A stretch of DNA of 63,366 nucleotides, filler included, from Intoshia linei (Eukaryota; Animalia; Orthonectida), in NCBI GenBank assembly GCA_001642005.1. It is 11 parts of 11 records of this genome, joined end to end, with 100 filler letters (N's around TTAATTAATTAA, not from the genome) between each part and the next. Parts side by side here need not be neighbours in the genome. Positions count along the whole stretch, not along the records: positions 1 to 8,018 come from LWCA01001592.1; positions 8,119 to 13,896 come from LWCA01001745.1; 9 more parts are not named here. One strand, written 5' to 3'. The notes beneath the pieces are model-generated. The model ran no database searches and was not told the DNA's origin. It worked only from the letters and a program-made list of their open reading frames with translations. Shown here piece by piece: positions 1-11,685 of this stretch (within the stretch, counting starts at the first letter, position 1; every line of letters begins with the position of its first letter). The position numbers were made by a program, and so were the translations under genes.

Positions 1-520
1 CAAATACTCATCATTACCTTTTTACCATGGAGTTCTGATTTTGGAGTCAATATCAGTGATTCCTGGAAAGATAGCCATTGTTTTTTTAATTTAGTATTAT
101 CACAATGTATCCATTTTTTAGTCTGGCTAGTAATAATTATCATAAGTTTTTTCTATTTAATTTATGTTGAATCGTTAATATTTGGTGTACCCATATTCCA
201 GACTTATTCACTTTTTGTAAACGTTTCAAACAATTAAAGGCACTGGTTTCTGAACAGCTGGCAACAATGGAAAGCGATTGACATGTTTGAATTGGAGATT
301 TTTTCAATTCACTTTTTATTTGATTAATATCAACAGTTGAAGGTCTACCGGAACGTTGGAAATCCATTAGGGTGTAGTTTTCATCTCGAAATCTTTTAAA
401 CCATCTTTGACATTTTGTGTCATTTAAAACATCCTTACCATACACAGCACATATATTTTTGGTAGCTACCACTGCACTAAGGTCCTTAAAGTACTTATAC
501 AGTAAAATATGACGTAAATA
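1..520 (-). mobile_element. Mariner transposase remnant (frameshifted, runs off the window start)
   Basis: ORF 140-472 carries mariner HTH motifs (ICAVYG, CQRWFKRFR, RSGRPS, GIWVHQIL ~WVPHEL). Another frame at 1-120 reads KWIHCDNTKLKKQW...PKSELHGKKVMMSI, the start of the catalytic domain. Confidence 0.9.
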
Positions 521-1366
521 TCCCTCAAAATTATTAAAATAATTCGTCTAAATGGCCAATGAATAAATGTAGATTTAAATAAATTGCGTTTTTATCTGAT
601 GTGGTCGTACACATGATTGTTAAAAAATATTTCATATTTCGAAATATGTGAAATCTTATCGGTGATAAAGCGTTTCTAATCAATTGTATCAATAAAAACG
701 ACATAACTTTGTGAATCACTTAATATTTAATCTATACAATTTATGCTATTTTTAGATTTGCATGAAATTTGTATCAGCATGTATTAAATTTACATGGAGT
801 TTGAATGATACCATTTCATTTGGTGTATCACACGTTACTGGCATTAATGAATTGACTTTTGTGAACGAATCAATTGCCTTGTATGATTTGATTGAAGGTT
901 ACACCAATCAAATTGATAAAAATGTAAAATAATTAATTATTACGGCTATCATTTAATGCGATATTGTGATTATCAATAGGTGCACAATTTTGACGCACTA
1001 ATCCGCTCTAAACCATTTAAAATAAAAATTACGTTTTAACGTATACATTGGTTTAAACTTTGCCACTTTAATTTTTAAATTAGGCATAAATTTTTATATA
1101 TTATATTTAGATTGATATTTTTGTTCGATATTTTACAAAAATGTTGGTAAATCACGTTTCCAACAGTCTTTTTGGAAAAATGAAAATTTTTTTGGACGTA
1201 TAATTATATTTCAATTTTATTTTAATATATCTTATTGGTTTTTACATGTTTACAATTGAATTTATTAAAATTTCCATCAATGAGATAAGATCTAGGATAT
1301 CTTTTGTATCTAAGAATCAAGAAAAATTAGTTTTCAATTTGTATATTTATGTAATATTAAGAATGG

Positions 1367-2124
1367 TTCGCAATAAAAATATTTAGCGCCATCTAGTCGA
1401 GTTGAGCTTGTGATTTTAAATTTATCATATAAAAATGTTAAATATAAATTAAAACTGAACTTTATTATATGTAATATAGAGGTAATGACATATATGGTTA
1501 TGGCGTTAGTATTTTAAATTCCGTATTATATTGTTTAAAATTTGACTATAGTTCAGTAGCGTAAATCGGGTGTATAACTCATAAAAATGAAGTTATAAAT
1601 ACATTTGGTAACGAGATAATGATATCAAGTACTAGCAATAATTTCAATAGTGTACTACTAGAAACTTATATATCAAACATTATATTGCATGTAGAAAATG
1701 AATTAACATAATATATTAATTCTAGAGTGAAGTGAGTTTAACGATAGTTACTCTAAAGTTGCTCTATCGTTACTAGTTCATTTTGTAGTTTTTTACTAAG
1801 TTTTATTTAAAATAAAATATGTATTTATTACATTTTTACAGGATTTAACCATCTCTAAAACCCAAAATGTATGATTCATAGGTAAAGTTAAAAAATTGAT
1901 ATGCATACAATAAAGCATCTTCAACATAATAAATAATAACCATGGATATTTCATTATATTTACTTTTTACTAAACATATTATAATATATTAGTATTATAT
2001 ATATTTAATTATTAATAATACTTCGAATATTGTTCAGTTTTAATTTTTACTGAAAAATTTTATGATACATTTAAAATCACAAACACAACTCGAATAAATA
2101 GCGTTAAATATTTTTAATTGCGAA
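1367..2124. mobile_element. Non-autonomous element with long imperfect terminal inverted repeats (MITE/MULE-like)
   Basis: About 1367-1460 is the imperfect reverse complement of about 2030-2124 (tcgcaataaaaatatttagcgccatctagtcgagttgagcttgtgattttaaat vs atttaaaatcacaaacacaactcgaataaatagcgttaaatatttttaattgcga). No ORF inside. Confidence 0.55.
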
Positions 2125-2815
2125 ATAGTTTTTCTATTTTAAAAATACACACATTTAGTTTATTGACCATCAAATGCTTAAAATTTCCAAAACATGTGAC
2201 ACCCTAATTAGCTCATTATAACGAGCTCTTTAGGTTCTTGTTTAATTTATATATCTACAGAGTAATACTTTTATTTAGAACTCTGAATCATTTTTATATG
2301 AAAATTTCTTGTTACAAATTGAAGGTGTTCAGGTTTTTAATTTGTTATTTATAATTGTCATTAATGTATTTTTTAGCAAAAAATGCAATCTTATTCTCAA
2401 GATTCTAGTACATTTTATAATGCAGAATACTTTTTGATTGCTAATAAGAACATTTCGTAATATTATTTGATATGCGTATATAAATTTTTAATGTAGGGAG
2501 AAAATAAAAAAAGATTGCGATGGAACCATTTTACAGTCATTTAGAATGTTTACAAAACTTTGTATAGACAAAAATGGAATTTGTTTATCAGAATATGATT
2601 CTTGTCAAAATGTTGTTTTAAATTTAAAAAATCATTAAATATTTCATTCGTTTCAATTTTTGTATATCATTAACTGACAAAGAGTTTTGTAAGATGAGAT
2701 GATGTAATATATTATTACTCCTGTTCATAACACTTATACTCAGGGCTGACTGAAATACTGGTACCAATAGAATTTTGCTTTCACTGGTACCATCAGTAGT
2801 TTTTAAACATTTTCC

Positions 2816-3603
2816 ATTACAACACCAAAAAAATGTTTTTATGAATAGCATCTACCCGTTGAAGACCCGGGTCTATAGTGATCAATATTTAAACATACAT
2901 TTAGTTCACTGAAACACTGATAGGAAGTACGTTTCAATGCTCTTATAATTTAAAAATGAAAATGGTCCTAAAATTTTATGAAATACAAATTCTGCGATAT
3001 TTTAAAAATAAAAAACATAATTATAAATCCCAACCTCAACAAAGTGTATTTTTACGACCAAAACCACAGATTACCCTTTTTTTAAAAACAGCAAAATATT
3101 CCTAGATTTTAAAAATCATTACAGCTTATAAAGTTCTATCCAGTTAACATACACAAAAAATTTCAATTCACAAAGTAGTGCCATTACGGTCAAAAAGACA
3201 TTTTGGTATTCATTTTTTTTATGTGGTAAATATTTTATTAAAAAAAAATTTTAAATAATGAATAGTAGTAGAACTGAAAATGTTATATATTTAGTTACTT
3301 ATGTATTTAAATATATAATATAGTAATAGTTAATCGCAGTTTACCGAGAATATATAACATTATATTATTCAGATAAAAGAAATTTAGAGATGGANGGAAT
3401 GGTAACATTTTAAAAATCAAAATGAATGGTAAATCACCTAAAACGTTTCTGATTAAGTTAAACCTTGAGGCTAGAGTCGTTCTAGGTCAAAATTAAATCA
3501 AAATTACAACACCAAAAAAATGTTTTTATGAATAGCATCTACCCGTTGAAGACCCGGGTCTATAGTGATCAATATTTAAACATACATTTAGTTCACTGAA
3601 ACA
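2816..3603 (+). repeat. About 100-bp direct repeat (2816-2916 and 3503-3603)
   Basis: Near-identical attacaacacc...gaagacccgggtctatagtg...cactgaaaca in both places; a single n at 3395 lies between them. Confidence 0.85.
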
Positions 3604-3822
3604 ATTCATGACGTGTTGCTCCAATTTTTTTAACGAATCGCATTCCCATAAAAGCAGTTTGTTTCATGAAATCAGACGAGAAGGTTATTGAAAATATAGC
3701 AGATATAAAAATTTAATATGATAAAATACAGTGATAAAATTTAAAAAAAAACACATTCTTCAAAAAAACATTACATTTTAGGTAAATTATTACTATGCAA
3801 TTGTAGAAAATAATTTAACTAT

Positions 3823-6800
3823 TCATATATCGCTAAAATCAAGAATATTTGATATTTTTACAGATTGATGATAATTATTTCTTTTTTGAAAATCACTATT
3901 GACGTGATTTTGTTGTTGAGGCACAGTAGATGCCGTTTCAAACTTGTAATCTAGTATTATCTTTGTTTTAAATTTTTTCCTAAATATTCAATATATCACT
4001 AACCAAAAACTAAAGTATTTAAATCTTCATGTCCACTGACTTGTGTAATTTTTTTAAATATAATAAAAATTGTATTTCTGCGAAAATGCCTGGTCCACCA
4101 AAAGTTATAAAACCAACATTTAGATCAGTGGTTCTCAACTTATTTTTTCTCATTCCCCCCTTGAGCCATTACATTTTTTCACGCACCCCATTTAAATTCT
4201 GTCCATTAGAAATTGAAAATTTTCTATAAAACTAACAGTTAATTAAAATATGTATTAAAAATATTAAAATAGTATTTACAAAAAATATTAGTGAGAATTT
4301 TGAGAAGATTTTTTTTAGTTAATTCCAAAATACGCGACTAAGTCGTAGAAAAAGCACAACGTAAATCATCTTCAACTATTAATCTACTTCTTTTTTGATT
4401 TTTTATACTCAAAAGAGTCGAAAATCCACACTCACATAAATACGTTGATACAAAAGGCAACAGCATTCTGATAGCCTTTTCTCCGATGCTAGGATATGAA
4501 TTACACATCTTTGATCAAAAGTCCGTTATTGAGTTTTCAAAAAATGCATCCTTGGCATGCGAATCATTTATTAATTCCAAAAATTCATCCTGCAATACAT
4601 CAGGAACGTTTTCAACAATCACTATAAACGGATTTCTAATTAAAGTCAGCTCGGATTCATTAAGTTCAGGAAAGTATCGGTTGAATTCACTTTCTAAAGC
4701 TGTCAAGTGTTCCAAAATTTCATTTTTGATCTCATTTGGCAGCATTTCGTTTATAGTATCTAATACAGTTGATAATTTATAAAACATTGCATAATTATGT
4801 AAATTTATTCGCCTTTTCCAGTTTGCTAATTTACACAGAAACGCCTTTAAATGGTCAATAAATTTAATTACATTTGAATTTTTTCCTTGCATTTTTAAAT
4901 TCAGTATATTAAATTGATCGAATATATCAACTAAATAAGCCCAACGCATAACAATGTTTATCTTCCAACAATGCATCAAATTCAACTTTATTTTGTATTT
5001 CAAAGAACTGTTTCAGTTGATCTCTAAGATCGAACACACGCTCAACCATGTTTCCTCTTGATAACCATCTAATATGAGTATGGAATAATAATAAATAATG
5101 AGATGCTTCCATGTTATTACATATATCTTTAAAAATTCTTGATTTAATAGCTCCATTTTTCACATAATTCACAAAATTGATAATGTTACATATCACATTA
5201 TTCAATTGTATTGGTAGCGTTTTGGATACAAGAACTTGACGGTGAATCATACAATGAAGGCTTTTAACACTGGGAGATTTTATTTTTACATACGATTGAA
5301 AACCTGATTTAGAACCTAACATTGCGGGCGCACCATCAGTACAACATCCACATTGTTCCAATGTAAACATTTCGTTTCGAAAAAGGATGAAGTTTTTTCA
5401 AATATATCTATAGCTTTGGTAGTAGTCTCAAGTGAACAAAAAAGAAATTCCTCTTTAAATATTCCCAAATTCACGTATCTCACAAATACTAATAATTGAG
5501 AGCAAGATGCCACATCAGTCGTCTCATCAACTTGAATTGAAAAAAGACCAAATTTTGCAAATTTCAATTCTGAAACAACCTGATTTTTTATATCAATAGA
5601 CATTTCATTTATTCTTCGCTGAACTGTACTATTTGACAGAGAAACGGCTTCAAGTTTCTTTTCTAACCTATTTCCTAAAACCATTTCAACCATTTTAAGA
5701 GCACATTGTTTAATTAAATTTTCTCCAATTGTGTGAGGCTTTTTTTGTTTGGCTATTTGTAATGATACTACATATGATGCTTCAACAACCTTTTTCTTTA
5801 ATTTAAAATATGATCCAGAATCCATTTTTTCCTTTTTTAAATTATGAGTGCCACGTTCAAAATAATCTGTGTCTTTGTTCTTGAATTTGGCATGTACATT
5901 ATTCAGATGTTTCATTTTAGTTGGTTTCATAGAATCATTTGATAGAGTTTTAATACATATTACACATTGAGGGTTTTCAATTCCTTTGTCTATTAAAGAG
6001 ATAAACCCATATTGTATATAAGAATCGTTATATTTTCGTTTTTTTAAATTCATTAATATTTAAGTATAAAAACGTGTCAAATGAATAATAATATAAATAA
6101 TAATAACTGAACGTTTTTCGAAATATATTTTTATGATTTTAATAATTAAGTTTTTAATGTTTTTATCGAATTAAATACACGTGTACATAAAAATAACTCA
6201 TATTACGGAAATTAAAATAATGAAAGATTAGGAAATGTATTTATTTTAGAATATTTTTTACATTCTATAGATTCTATTATACTATTTTATTCTGGGGCGT
6301 CAGACTCAATTTGCTTTGTGGTCCAAATTTAAAATAAGATAACAACATAAAATTTATATAATAACGTGGGTTGCATAATTGGCATTGCTGATATAGAACC
6401 ATAATTATAAATTTAACTTAGATTTATAAATTTTTTAATAATAAATTTCCCCTTCAAAATAGTAAATTTCCCCCCTTTTGAGAACCACTGATTTAGATAT
6501 TTTACAAAAATTATATTTTTTTCATTAATTATAAAATTTACATTACAAATTGCTTTTTCCTTCCATTAATATTGGTTAATTCGTTAATATAAAATAAAAT
6601 ATACAATTTTTACCTTAAAATTGTGTATTTAAACCAGTCCAATAAGTTGTATTTTGCCATTCCTATATTATAATTATACATGTATAATCGGTATATCAAT
6701 CCCTGGGCATCCGTAATACTTTTAACTGTATTATTGGAGACACAAACGTGGATAGGGGCTAGGAGTATTTAACCGGACTACTACTAAAAAGTAATATATG

Positions 6801-8018
6801 ACGGTAGAAAAATTGTTTTACTTCATCAAGATAATGCTATAAAAGTTAAGGAATGTATATAGCAGGGGTGCACAACCTACGGTCGTGGAAATACATGTGA
6901 TCATAATGGAATATATCATTTTACTTCAAATTCAAAAGTTTAGATCAGATTTTATTCAGAGTTTAAAATATTTTAATCAAAAAGTTACATTTTTGACTTA
7001 GGCCACTTTCTCAAAATGGATTTAAGCTTTCTTAATCGTAAAGCGTCAAAGTAAATTTTGTAGGGCCGTAATATAAATGAGTAAACTAGCTTTGCGGTTG
7101 AATTGGTGGAAAGGTTGTGCACCCCTAGTATACATTAATATACCCCTGGTAGATGAACCAAGTTTCTTTTAAATTTGTATGTTCGGTCTAAAATTATTGA
7201 TTTTGCTCTGTTCGGAAACATTATAGCCTTAAAAATAATATTAAGACAGGTTATCCATTATTATTTGACATAATTTAGGTGCACAAAACAAAAAATACCT
7301 ATCAATAGTCCAGTGGCATATTTATGAATATAATAGTAGACAATTATTAAACTCATAACGTTTAATAAAGCGTAAATCCAATTGATGAAAAATATGATGG
7401 CAACGGACACAATTGACTACAAACATAATGTATAACGTCTAGTAAATGGTAATTTTGTTGGACATATTTAAAATAATAATGAATATAAACTTACTCCAAA
7501 AAGAGCTAGATATTTAGGCATATTTGGTATATTGAATTCGTCTAAATGTTATGGTTGAATGGTTAAATCATAATAATATTAAATTTAGTTTAATTAGTCA
7601 TTACGATTAAATAGAAAGTGTCAATAAGTTGATTAAAATTACCATCCAAACGATTTATAGCAGAATTTGAATTTTTAATTTTTTCATACTGTTTAGTAGT
7701 CATTAAAGCAAAATATGCATAATTTACAAAAGCATAAGTGAGTAAAAATCCGATTGTAACAATTGGACCAACATAATTAATATTTCCAATACATATAAAC
7801 ACCACAGATATGATTGTTACTAATAGAGTAGCTAAAACTGGTATATTGTTGGGTCCTTTCTAAATAGTGATTTTATTTTTATATTATATTAATTTTAAAA
7901 TAACATTAATATACTGTATATTTCAGAAATGAGGAAAATGGGATTGCATTGACTTCAGCTATCGATTGTATTATTCTTGGTGAACCATACAAACTAGCCA
8001 TACTACATGATATGGATG
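3823..8018 (-). CDS. SLC12A8: SLC12A8-like cation-chloride cotransporter family member, 3' part, multi-exon (5' end lost in gap)
   Basis: Exons ~8018-7917 (CSMASLYGSPRIIQSIA), 7860-~7600 (GPNNIPVLA...IGNINYVGPIVTIGFLLTYAFVNYAYF), ~7545-7493, 7416-7299 (IIFFINWIYALLN...YIHKYATGL), 6662-6614 (GMAKYNLLDWF), ~4078-4003 and ~3951-3823 (NSDFQKRNNYHQS, resembling the SLC12A8 C-terminus NADFATRDRYHHS). GT-AG phases are compatible across the last four exons. Confidence 0.8.
4126..6490 (-). mobile_element. Full-length hAT (Buster/Charlie/SPIN-type) DNA transposon with frameshifted transposase, inside an SLC12A8 intron
   Basis: TIRs CAGTGGTTCTCAA...TTGAGAACCACTG and perfect 8-bp TSD ATTTAGAT (4118-4125, 6491-6498). 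ORFs 6053-5316, 5370-4927 and 5003-4515 give BED finger (PQCVIC..LSNDSMKP), QVDETTD, CTDGAPAM, HCMIHRQ, IRWLSRG. C-terminal STYLCECGFS at ~4420. Confidence 0.97.
6863..7127. mobile_element. hAT-type MITE
   Basis: TIR CAGGGGTGCACAACCT / AGGTTGTGCACCCCTA; degenerate 8-bp TSD gtatatag / gtatacat. Confidence 0.75.
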
Positions 8019-8118
8019 NNNNNNNNNNNNNNNNNNNNNNNNNNNNNNNNNNNNNNNNNNNNTTAATTAATTAANNNNNNNNNNNNNNNNNNNNNNNNNN
8101 NNNNNNNNNNNNNNNNNN
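8019..8118. other. Assembly gap with artificial TTAATTAATTAA spacer (also 13897, 23315, 24677, 26819, 29378, 38970, 41793, 44615, 46531)
   Basis: The same 100-nt N-run/ttaattaattaa/N-run block occurs ten times; the 12-mer has stops in all six frames. Confidence 0.97.
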
Positions 8119-8449
8119 TCATCATCAGTTTAAGTAAGTATTAAAGCGTTTATAACTTGTTTATCGATAATCGTTCTATTTGAGAACTTCATTTTATTTT
8201 GTTTGTAATATTGAGTTTTATAAGATACTCCGCAATTCTGTAAAACTATATTTTTCCCTTAAATATTGGTAAAACTAAAATTTTCCTTTTAGGGTTGGTA
8301 AAACTGGAATTTTGACTTTTAGGGTTGGTAATGTACAAAGTAACCAAAAATGTACATTGAACACGGACAAATTCCCAATAAAGATATATGGTGGAAATCT
8401 CATAAATTGATTACTTTGAAATTTGTAATTTTCAAATACATACTGTACT

Positions 8450-8590
8450 AATTGGAGTGTTAGCCCTAGGACGCATGTTACGTGATTTTATTACGCTGAA
8501 AAGTTTTTAATAGGATTCAAGTCAGGACTATAGGGTGGTAAGAATATTTGTTCTACATTTTCTCTTCTCAACAAAGAAATTATTTCCGCA
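8450..8590 (-). mobile_element. IS630/Tc1-superfamily transposase C-terminal remnant
   Basis: Minus strand reads EIISLLRRENVEQIFLPPYSPDLNPIK (the LPPYSPDLNPIE motif). Confidence 0.75.
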
Positions 8591-9850
8591 CAGTGGTGAA
8601 CCTCACATTATCCATTACAATCGGCCTGTTCTCAAATACTCTATAAATCTTATACTTATTTAAAAATTCCAGAAAGAATCTTCGCATAATTTTAATTCTT
8701 GTAAAATTATTATTACTATTTAGAAATCACTTTTAACCTTGTTTTTTTCGTCGAACTTCAAATATTAATCACATTTAGTAGTATTTACTTGAAAATTTAT
8801 ATTCATGAGAAACTCTGTATTACGTATTATATGTATTAAAAAGGTCCATTTGTGGTTTTGACTATGAAGATGTCATGAACATGAAGTTTCTGAGTCTGAC
8901 ATTTAGACAAATGTTTATGACTTTCAATCGTGTCCACAATATTTATGTTTTTTTAAATTTTAGGTTTATTTTATTTTTAATAAAAAATGAGAATTGGGTT
9001 TTTGATCCTGAAAGACTCAATCCAGGAAAATAAAATTTTCGATAATGCATCAATCTCGAAAAATTGTATTAGAAATTGTGTTTTTTGAAATTCTAAGACT
9101 ATTAATTTTTCAAATAAACGGTAACACACACATTAAAAAAAGTAATGTGCAAGGATATAATGGTATATCTGGAAACGTTCACTCTTCGAGGTAGCTACCG
9201 TTTATATCCTAGCATTACAAAACTCTTTGTCTGTGTGTTAACAATTAAAAGTAAAGTGTCCCCTGTATTAAGTACATTTTGCTCTATTTCTGTACATTTT
9301 AATTACAAATTTACAATAGCAATATGAATCAAATACTACATAATTTGATAATGGACCGTACAATGATCAAAATGTAATTTATATACTTGCAAACTGAATT
9401 ATAACAAATAAATACACACGTTTTAAATTTAAAATTTGTAGACCATAAGACTTGAACTAAAATCAGTGTAATATTTTAAAATATGTTAATTAGATAAGAA
9501 CAAGAACATATACTTCACAATACTACACCTCTTTGATCTTGATTAATTAAAGTCAGTTGCAATCGTTTTTCCAATCAATAAATATATCCATTAACTGTCA
9601 ATATAAATAGTTACTGAAATTTATGATACAATCATCCAATGTTAATTTATCCTAAAATTGTTTAATTTGTTTACAAAATTTTGTAACCTATTTCATCACT
9701 TGTGTTTACAAATAATTTGAAACATCTGTGATTTATTTTGTGAATATTTATTACAAAAAAACAATAAAACAAATTTCTATAAACATTCTAAGAATGAATT
9801 AATCCAATTTATAAAAATACAACGTCTCGAAACCTACAGAAAAATCAAAA

Positions 9851-10885
9851 ATGGAAAAATTGGATTTCAATACATGGGCAGAATTTCTAAACAAATTTAT
9901 GAGTCATACATTTCTCGCAATCAAAATTACAATGCCCATATGGATAATTCTCAGTATAACAGGAAACATGATATCAACGTACATTTGGATAGCACTTTAC
10001 CTGAAAAACAAAACTAGTAATTACATATATTATGCCTGCTTCTCATTTTTTTGTCTAATGATTAGCATTCTATACATATTTCAAGAAATTAGTCTACTAT
10101 TTGATATACACTTTTTCTATGAACAAATTTCTTGTAAAATATTTCATTTTCTAAAATCAAGCATTGAACTTTTACCACCATTTCTACTACTAATGTTTAG
10201 TTTTGAACGCTTCGTAGCAATATCATATCCATTCAAACCAATTGCTAAAAAGTTGCAAAAAAGAAGAGTAATTTTTTGCATTTGCTTATTTGCCCTTTTA
10301 GTATGTTTTGCCGTTGGATCCGTTCAATTATACTACTACACATATTACGACAGTATTCGTTCTTGTGGAATCCGTTCCGATTCACTCAAGGAAGGATCCA
10401 TGTCATTTTATTTTATCTGGACTCATACAATAGAAGGAATATTTTTCCTCCTATTACCTTGTATAAATGGATTCAACAACATGTGTTTAATATACAAACT
10501 CAAAAATCAATTCACTAAGCTACCTCAAGAGCAACGGCAATGGAATGCTATTGGTAGTATTCCAATACAAATGACTGTCACACATTTAATAATTTCATTC
10601 TTTTACATTACAACCAATCTAACATCATCAATAGTCTATGTAATACTCTTGTATTATCCCAGTGATTGGCCTTTTGTTAATCTCGATTATGACACAAACG
10701 AACAATGGATATCTTACATTAGAGTAGTTAAAATCAATGTTATTGTTCGGCAAGTTTGCTTTCTCAGGTATGTGGCAAATTTTCTATTGTTTCTTATTTG
10801 CAGCAAAAATTTCAGAAGTTTAGTCTTTTTAAAATTTTGTTTTAACGATTTTGATAAGCCACCAAAAAATAATTTAATTTCATAA
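9851..10885 (+). CDS. Intronless rhodopsin-like (class A) GPCR, peptide-receptor-like
   Basis: 344 aa with seven hydrophobic segments; GN in TM1, CK at the top of TM3, FSFERFVAISYPF (DRY-equivalent), ECL2 Cys, ANFLLF..CSKNFR at TM7/helix 8. Confidence 0.92.
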   Translation: MEKLDFNTWAEFLNKFMSHTFLAIKITMPIWIILSITGNMISTYIWIALYLKNKTSNYIYYACFSFFCLMISILYIFQEISLLFDIHFFYEQISCKIFHFLKSSIELLPPFLLLMFSFERFVAISYPFKPIAKKLQKRRVIFCICLFALLVCFAVGSVQLYYYTYYDSIRSCGIRSDSLKEGSMSFYFIWTHTIEGIFFLLLPCINGFNNMCLIYKLKNQFTKLPQEQRQWNAIGSIPIQMTVTHLIISFFYITTNLTSSIVYVILLYYPSDWPFVNLDYDTNEQWISYIRVVKINVIVRQVCFLRYVANFLLFLICSKNFRSLVFLKFCFNDFDKPPKNNLIS

Positions 10886-10953
10886 TTTTAATTACATTGT
10901 AATTCATAAATAAATGTATTATATATAAATTTATATTTTGTATCTTTTTTACA

Positions 10954-11193
10954 TTAAATGTCGCAGTCTTGGTTTAACATTTTGTGGATCCAAGAATATG
11001 ATGTAAAAATTACACCTGAAGCTATAGATGATTTTAATAATGTTGTCGACATGCCTTTAAAAAATGATTGAAATCCTTCCTCTTTTAACATGGTTTTTAT
11101 GAATAATCCAAGGTTTTTTATTCTTTTACGCTTCCAATATAATTTCGTGTTTGAGACATTATCTGTATTTTGAACTTGATAACGTTTCTTTAC
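10954..11193 (-). CDS. Terminal exon of a mitochondrial carrier, SLC25A19 (thiamine-pyrophosphate carrier)-like
   Basis: Acceptor taacag| then VKKRYQVQ...KTMLKEEGFQSFFKGMSTTLLKSSIASGVIFTSYSWIHKMLNQDCDI*: third carrier repeat (KKR.QV, EG...FFKG....LLK). Upstream exons were not located. Confidence 0.8.
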   Translation of the reverse strand, partial: VKKRYQVQNTDNVSNTKLYWKRKRIKNLGLFIKTMLKEEGFQSFFKGMSTTLLKSSIASGVIFTSYSWIHKMLNQDCDI

Positions 11194-11685
11194 CTGTTAA
11201 TAAATTATATTATTAGGAAAAAAATTAGTTATGGGTTTTAATATAATATCGGTATACATAAATTGTATCATTAAATTTACATAATTTTGTAGTTCGTTTT
11301 TTATGAGACCATGTGGCTTATTTAGTAGACCATGTAGATATGTACAATGTTAATAAAACATGTAAAGTTAAAAAAATAATATACAAATCTGAATTTTTAA
11401 CAAAATACATCGCGTTTGGCCATCACTGTTCTATATTAGATGTATAGGGAACAATTTTCACCTGATTGGACTCACTGTTGACTCTACACGTTCTTGTGAA
11501 AGGCAAAAACTTCGTCTCAACATTAATAACAAACATATTTCACTTATGTTTTAATATACATGAATGTAAATAAACATTTACAAAAATGGGATCACAATTT
11601 AAATTTATTGTCTAAAATTAAATACATATAGTAAAAAAAAATTGGTAATTAAAAATGCGAAAGTGATATACAATATACACTAGGT

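Noticed and set aside
756-897. Open exon-like segments on plus (756-897, 2497-2638)
   Set aside because: Splice-like signals are present, but there is no recognisable homology or consistent gene model.
8019-8118. Recurrent TTAATTAATTAA motif flanked by Ns as a biological repeat or CRISPR-like array
   Set aside because: Identical 100-nt gap spacer added during scaffolding. ORFs with X runs are artefacts and adjacency across gaps is uncertain.
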